Part shown: positions 61,029 through 64,000 of the stretch, one piece after another | How the letters are laid out: every line of letters begins with the position of its first letter | Numbering within the stretch: position 1 is the first letter of the stretch | From: Pseudomonadota bacterium | Lineage (GTDB): Bacteria > Pseudomonadota > Gammaproteobacteria > Burkholderiales > Thiobacillaceae | Direction: 5' to 3' | DNA length: 64,000 bases | Assembly (NCBI GenBank): GCA_030690985.1 | Contig: JAUYFG010000312.1 | Coordinates: 14,208-78,207, forward strand | Translations under genes and position numbers: made by a program | Notes under the pieces: generated by a model | Seen by the model: only the letters and a program-made list of their open reading frames with translations | Database searches by the model: none | Told to the model about the DNA's origin: nothing

Positions 61029-61832
61029 ATGTCGGACCCCATCCTCTACACGCTCTGCATCCTGGCTTATCTAGTGCTGGCCACCTGGTTCTGGCCGGGG
61101 CGTCCGGGTTGCTGCCGCATGGACTGGGTACCGCGCCTGCTGCCGGTGCTTCCCCTGGTTCTGCATCTCTATCTGCTGAACGCCGGCGTATTCGAAGGCC
61201 AGGGCATCCATCTCGGCTTCTCCACCTCGATTTCCGCCGTTGCCGCCCTCTCGGTGATGACCTACGCCGTGGCCTCATGGCGTTACCACCTGGCCGGGTT
61301 GCAGGGCTTCGTACTGGCCTTCGCCGGGGTGGCGGTGGCCATCGAGGCCATTTCTCCCGTGTCTCATGCCGCCATACACAGCGACATGCCGGCCTTCCAG
61401 TTGCACCTGGCGGTCGCCTTCGCCGCCTACGCCCTGTTCACCATCGCCGCCCTGCACGCCCTGCTCATCGCCCTGGCGGAAAAGCACCTGCACAAGGCGG
61501 TGCCGCCCACCATCGTCGCCGACCTGCCGCCGCTGCTCACCCTGGAAAAACTGCTGTTCCGCATGATCCAGGCCGGCTTCGTCCTGCTCACCCTGACCCT
61601 GGCCTCGGGTGTCCTGTTTTCCGAAGAAATCTTCGGCAAGGCCCTGCCCTGGAACCACAAGACGGTATTCGGCATCGCCTCCTGGCTGATCTTCGCCTCG
61701 CTCCTCCTCGGCCGCCGCTTTTATGGCTGGCGCGGACGCACCGCCATCCACTGGACCCTGGCCGGTTTCATCAGCCTGATGCTCGCCTACGTCGGGGTGA
61801 AGTTCGTGCTGGAAGTGCTGTTGGGGCGCTGA
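61029..61832 (+). CDS. Cytochrome c assembly family inner-membrane protein (YpjD/CcsA-like)
   Basis: Eight hydrophobic segments. Divergent from ffh, as is commonly seen for ypjD. Confidence 0.7.
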   Translation: MSDPILYTLCILAYLVLATWFWPGRPGCCRMDWVPRLLPVLPLVLHLYLLNAGVFEGQGIHLGFSTSISAVAALSVMTYAVASWRYHLAGLQGFVLAFAGVAVAIEAISPVSHAAIHSDMPAFQLHLAVAFAAYALFTIAALHALLIALAEKHLHKAVPPTIVADLPPLLTLEKLLFRMIQAGFVLLTLTLASGVLFSEEIFGKALPWNHKTVFGIASWLIFASLLLGRRFYGWRGRTAIHWTLAGFISLMLAYVGVKFVLEVLLGR

Positions 61833-61846
61833 ACCGCAGGTAGCGC

Positions 61847-61923
61847 GTAGGAGCGGGCTTGCCCGCGATAGCCACCGTTGCTTCGCGGGCATACCCTCAA
61901 GGGGCACAAGAGCCCGCTCCCAC
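61847..61923. repeat. REP palindrome (GTAGGAGCGGGCTTGCCCGCGA family)
   Basis: GTAGGAGCGGGCTT...AAGAGCCCGCTCCCAC. The right half recurs at 36962-37011. Confidence 0.8.
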
Positions 61924-61930
61924 GACACGC

Positions 61931-62248
61931 TCAAACCAGGCGGGTGAGCAACCCCAGTTCACACGGCCACACCGCCAGTTCCGCATCCGACAACACCACG
62001 CCTTCCGGCAGGCGCTCGGTCAGACGCAACACCAGGGCGGAATCGCCCACTCGCAGTGCCACGGCCACCCGGTTCACCGGCACCGCAACCCCCAGCAAAC
62101 GACTCAGAAACAACGCCGCGCCCGCATGGCCGATGGCCGAAATAAAGCCGCTCGCCACCCGATCACGCGCCTCATCGAGCGCCAGCGGCCCCGAAAAACG
62201 CCAATCGCCGTAGGCCGTGAGCACGGGGGAATTGAGCAGATACAGCAT
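61931..62248 (-). CDS. DUF1874 (STIV B116 / AcrIII-1 / Crn2-like) small protein
   Basis: 105 aa. N-terminal YLLNSPVLT strand, central SAIGHAG motif (the conserved Gly-His of the family), and NRV.V.L..GD...V..L..RL.EG..L pattern. Confidence 0.6.
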   Translation of the reverse strand: MLYLLNSPVLTAYGDWRFSGPLALDEARDRVASGFISAIGHAGAALFLSRLLGVAVPVNRVAVALRVGDSALVLRLTERLPEGVVLSDAELAVWPCELGLLTRLV

Positions 62249-62251
62249 GGA

Positions 62252-63031
62252 TCACATCGCCCCGGCGGCGGCATACAAGTCTTGCAACACCTGCCGCATA
62301 TCCGCCGGCAACCGTCCCCAGGCCGCCTGAGCCAGTTCCTCCGGCACACCGAAGCGCGCCTCCGCCACGCCACCACAGATCGCCGCAAGGGTGTCGGAAT
62401 CACCCCCAATGGAAATCGCGTTGCGAATCGCATCCTCGAAATCCGTCGCCTCCAGCGCGCAAACCAGCGCCTGCGGCACGCTGCCCTGGCAAGTCTCGTC
62501 GAACGTGTAATGAGGGCGGATGGCGTCCACCGTGGCGGAAAGGTCATAGCCATAGGTTTCCGTCACCGCCGCGCGGATGTCCTCCGCCCCCGCCCCCTGG
62601 CGCGCCAGAAAAATTGCCGTGGCCGTGGCCGCCGCGCCCTTCAAGCCTTCCGGATGGTCATGGGTCGCCGCCGTGACATGATCGGAAAACCGCACCACCT
62701 CGGCCAGATCGCGCCCCAGCAACCCCGCCGGCGACACCCGCATCGCCGCCCCATTGCCGAAGCTGCCATAGGGCGCTGTCTCGTCGGAAAACAGCCAGCG
62801 GGAAAAGCGCCCGCCCCAGCTCACATTCGGATAACGCCGCCCCCAATCCTTGAACGCCTCGGCCGGCGGGCGATGGTTGAGCAAGGCATCCGCCACCGCG
62901 ATGGTCAGCACCGTGTCATCGGTGAAAAACGCACGCGGCGCGACCAGGGGCTGAAAGTCCTTGGTCTTGACGTTGTTCCATTCGTAAACCGAACCGACGA
63001 TGTCACCGAAGATGGCGCCGAGCATGGGCAA
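62252..63031 (-). CDS. ADP-ribosylglycohydrolase-family protein
   Basis: GDIVGSVYEW, FTDDTVLT and GGDSDTLAAICGG are the metal-binding Asp motifs of the ARH/DraG fold; 259 aa. Confidence 0.8.
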   Translation of the reverse strand: MPMLGAIFGDIVGSVYEWNNVKTKDFQPLVAPRAFFTDDTVLTIAVADALLNHRPPAEAFKDWGRRYPNVSWGGRFSRWLFSDETAPYGSFGNGAAMRVSPAGLLGRDLAEVVRFSDHVTAATHDHPEGLKGAAATATAIFLARQGAGAEDIRAAVTETYGYDLSATVDAIRPHYTFDETCQGSVPQALVCALEATDFEDAIRNAISIGGDSDTLAAICGGVAEARFGVPEELAQAAWGRLPADMRQVLQDLYAAAGAM

Positions 63032-63176
63032 CCTCCATCAAGTGATTTCCAGTTGTTCCAGCCAGGCGGTGAGGGCGGCACTCAAAGGGAGCCGTCGCAT
63101 TGATGCCGAAGCGGAGATCGACAAGCGCGGTCATGCTAACCTCCGTATTACGATGTAACACAAACAGGAACCCCTC

Positions 63177-63395
63177 ATGCAAACCACCCTGACCGTGCGT
63201 CTGTCGGAAAAAGAGACGAAAGACCTGCAAGCAATCTGCGAGATGACCGGAAAAAGCCGCAGCCAAGTGGTGCGTGATGCCTTGTGCGCCCGACTTTTTC
63301 GTGAGCGTCTGGACGCCCTGCGCGCCATTGCGGTGCCCCGCGCCCAGGAGGCAGGCCTCCTGACCGAGGAAGACGTTTTCCGCGAAGTATCGTGA
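63177..63395 (+). CDS. Ribbon-helix-helix (CopG-like) antitoxin
   Basis: TLTVRLSEKETKDLQAICEMTGKSRSQVVRDAL; 4-nt overlap with the downstream PIN gene. Confidence 0.75.
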   Translation: MQTTLTVRLSEKETKDLQAICEMTGKSRSQVVRDALCARLFRERLDALRAIAVPRAQEAGLLTEEDVFREVS

Positions 63396-63790
63396 GGGTC
63401 TTCCTTGATACCAATGTCTGGTTCAGCGCGGTGGCGACACCAGGTTTGTGCGAGGTACTGACCAAACAATTGTTCGAGGCAAACGAGGTGCTCGGCAGCG
63501 AACTCGTGTGGGCGGAATTGTCCGACTTGCTGGTCCGCAAACTCAGGTTTTCGAGCGAGGAGATCGCACTCGCGCAAGCGATGTTCGATGAAGTCGAACT
63601 GATTTCCGATGTTCCGGCCCCCGCCGACGACAACGACGCCCGCCTGGTGGCTGCCGCCGTCGCGGCAAGCGCCGATCTGTTCGTGACCGGCGACAAGCGG
63701 GTGCTGGGCTGGAAGCAGTCGGGCAACCTGCGCATCGTCACCCCGCGCGAGGCGTGGATCATTTTGTTTGCGCCGCATCTGAAGCACTGA
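63392..63790 (+). CDS. PIN-domain toxin
   Basis: VFLDTNVW N-terminal acidic motif, DDNDARLVAAA, and FVTGDKR near the C-terminus. Confidence 0.75.
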   Translation: MRVFLDTNVWFSAVATPGLCEVLTKQLFEANEVLGSELVWAELSDLLVRKLRFSSEEIALAQAMFDEVELISDVPAPADDNDARLVAAAVAASADLFVTGDKRVLGWKQSGNLRIVTPREAWIILFAPHLKH

Positions 63791-63834
63791 GGGCGACGGC
63801 GAACGGGCGCGCCAGTTGAGCATGGCGAGTTCTT

Positions 63835-64000
63835 TCAGTCATTGCCTGCAAAACCGAGCAAGACAATGAGGTTGCTCTGTTGGCTCACTTTGACGGCAAC
63901 GTTCTTGAGTTCCTTGTCTTTCTTCAGTTTGTTCGCGCGGTCGCCCAAGGCTATGCGCAGGGCATCTGCCTCGGAGCCCTTGAGGCCGGCGGTGGTTCTG
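63835..64000 (-). CDS. 3' end of an unidentified ORF running out of the window
   Basis: The minus-strand frame is open from the window edge to TGA at 63835-63837 (…ALRIALGDRANKLKKDKELKNVAVKVSQQSNLIVLLGFAGND). No family recognised. Confidence 0.3.
   Translation of the reverse strand, partial: RTTAGLKGSEADALRIALGDRANKLKKDKELKNVAVKVSQQSNLIVLLGFAGND

Overview
High-GC proteobacterial chromosome segment. Gene content and GTAGG-type REP palindromes suggest a Rhodocyclales-like betaproteobacterium, but that is inference only. Most of the window is housekeeping: hemB, engB, cytochrome c4, rep, ilvA, rpiA, erpA, argC, rpsI-rplM, rmuC, hisG, htpG, dapB, bamE, fur, rpoZ-spoT, ridA, recG, coq7, rplS-trmD-rimM-rpsP and ffh. 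Four things stand out. (1) A PEP-CTERM/exosortase-associated region at 1-12.6 kb holds two tandem PrsT-like TPR proteins, a glycosyltransferase, a membrane-anchored acyltransferase and a PEP-CTERM substrate gene with a textbook sigma54 promoter. Next to these is an operon of N-acyl amino acid synthase, ThiF-like E1 enzyme and two-domain nitroreductase, with a divergent PilZ gene. (2) A second PEP-CTERM accessory block (EpsD-type PPIase, CPBP protease) is fused to a galE-rfbBACD sugar-nucleotide operon that a toxin-antitoxin pair interrupts. (3) An ADP-ribosylglycohydrolase is paired with a DUF1874 (AcrIII-1/Crn2-like) protein next to an RHH-PIN module. (4) There is unusual repeat biology: several REP families, an 86-nt hairpin element nested inside REP palindromes, and two heptamer-periodic palindromes at and inside recG. 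No rRNA, tRNA, CRISPR array, transposase or integrase was seen. All family assignments come from motif and architecture recognition by eye and need HMM or BLAST confirmation.
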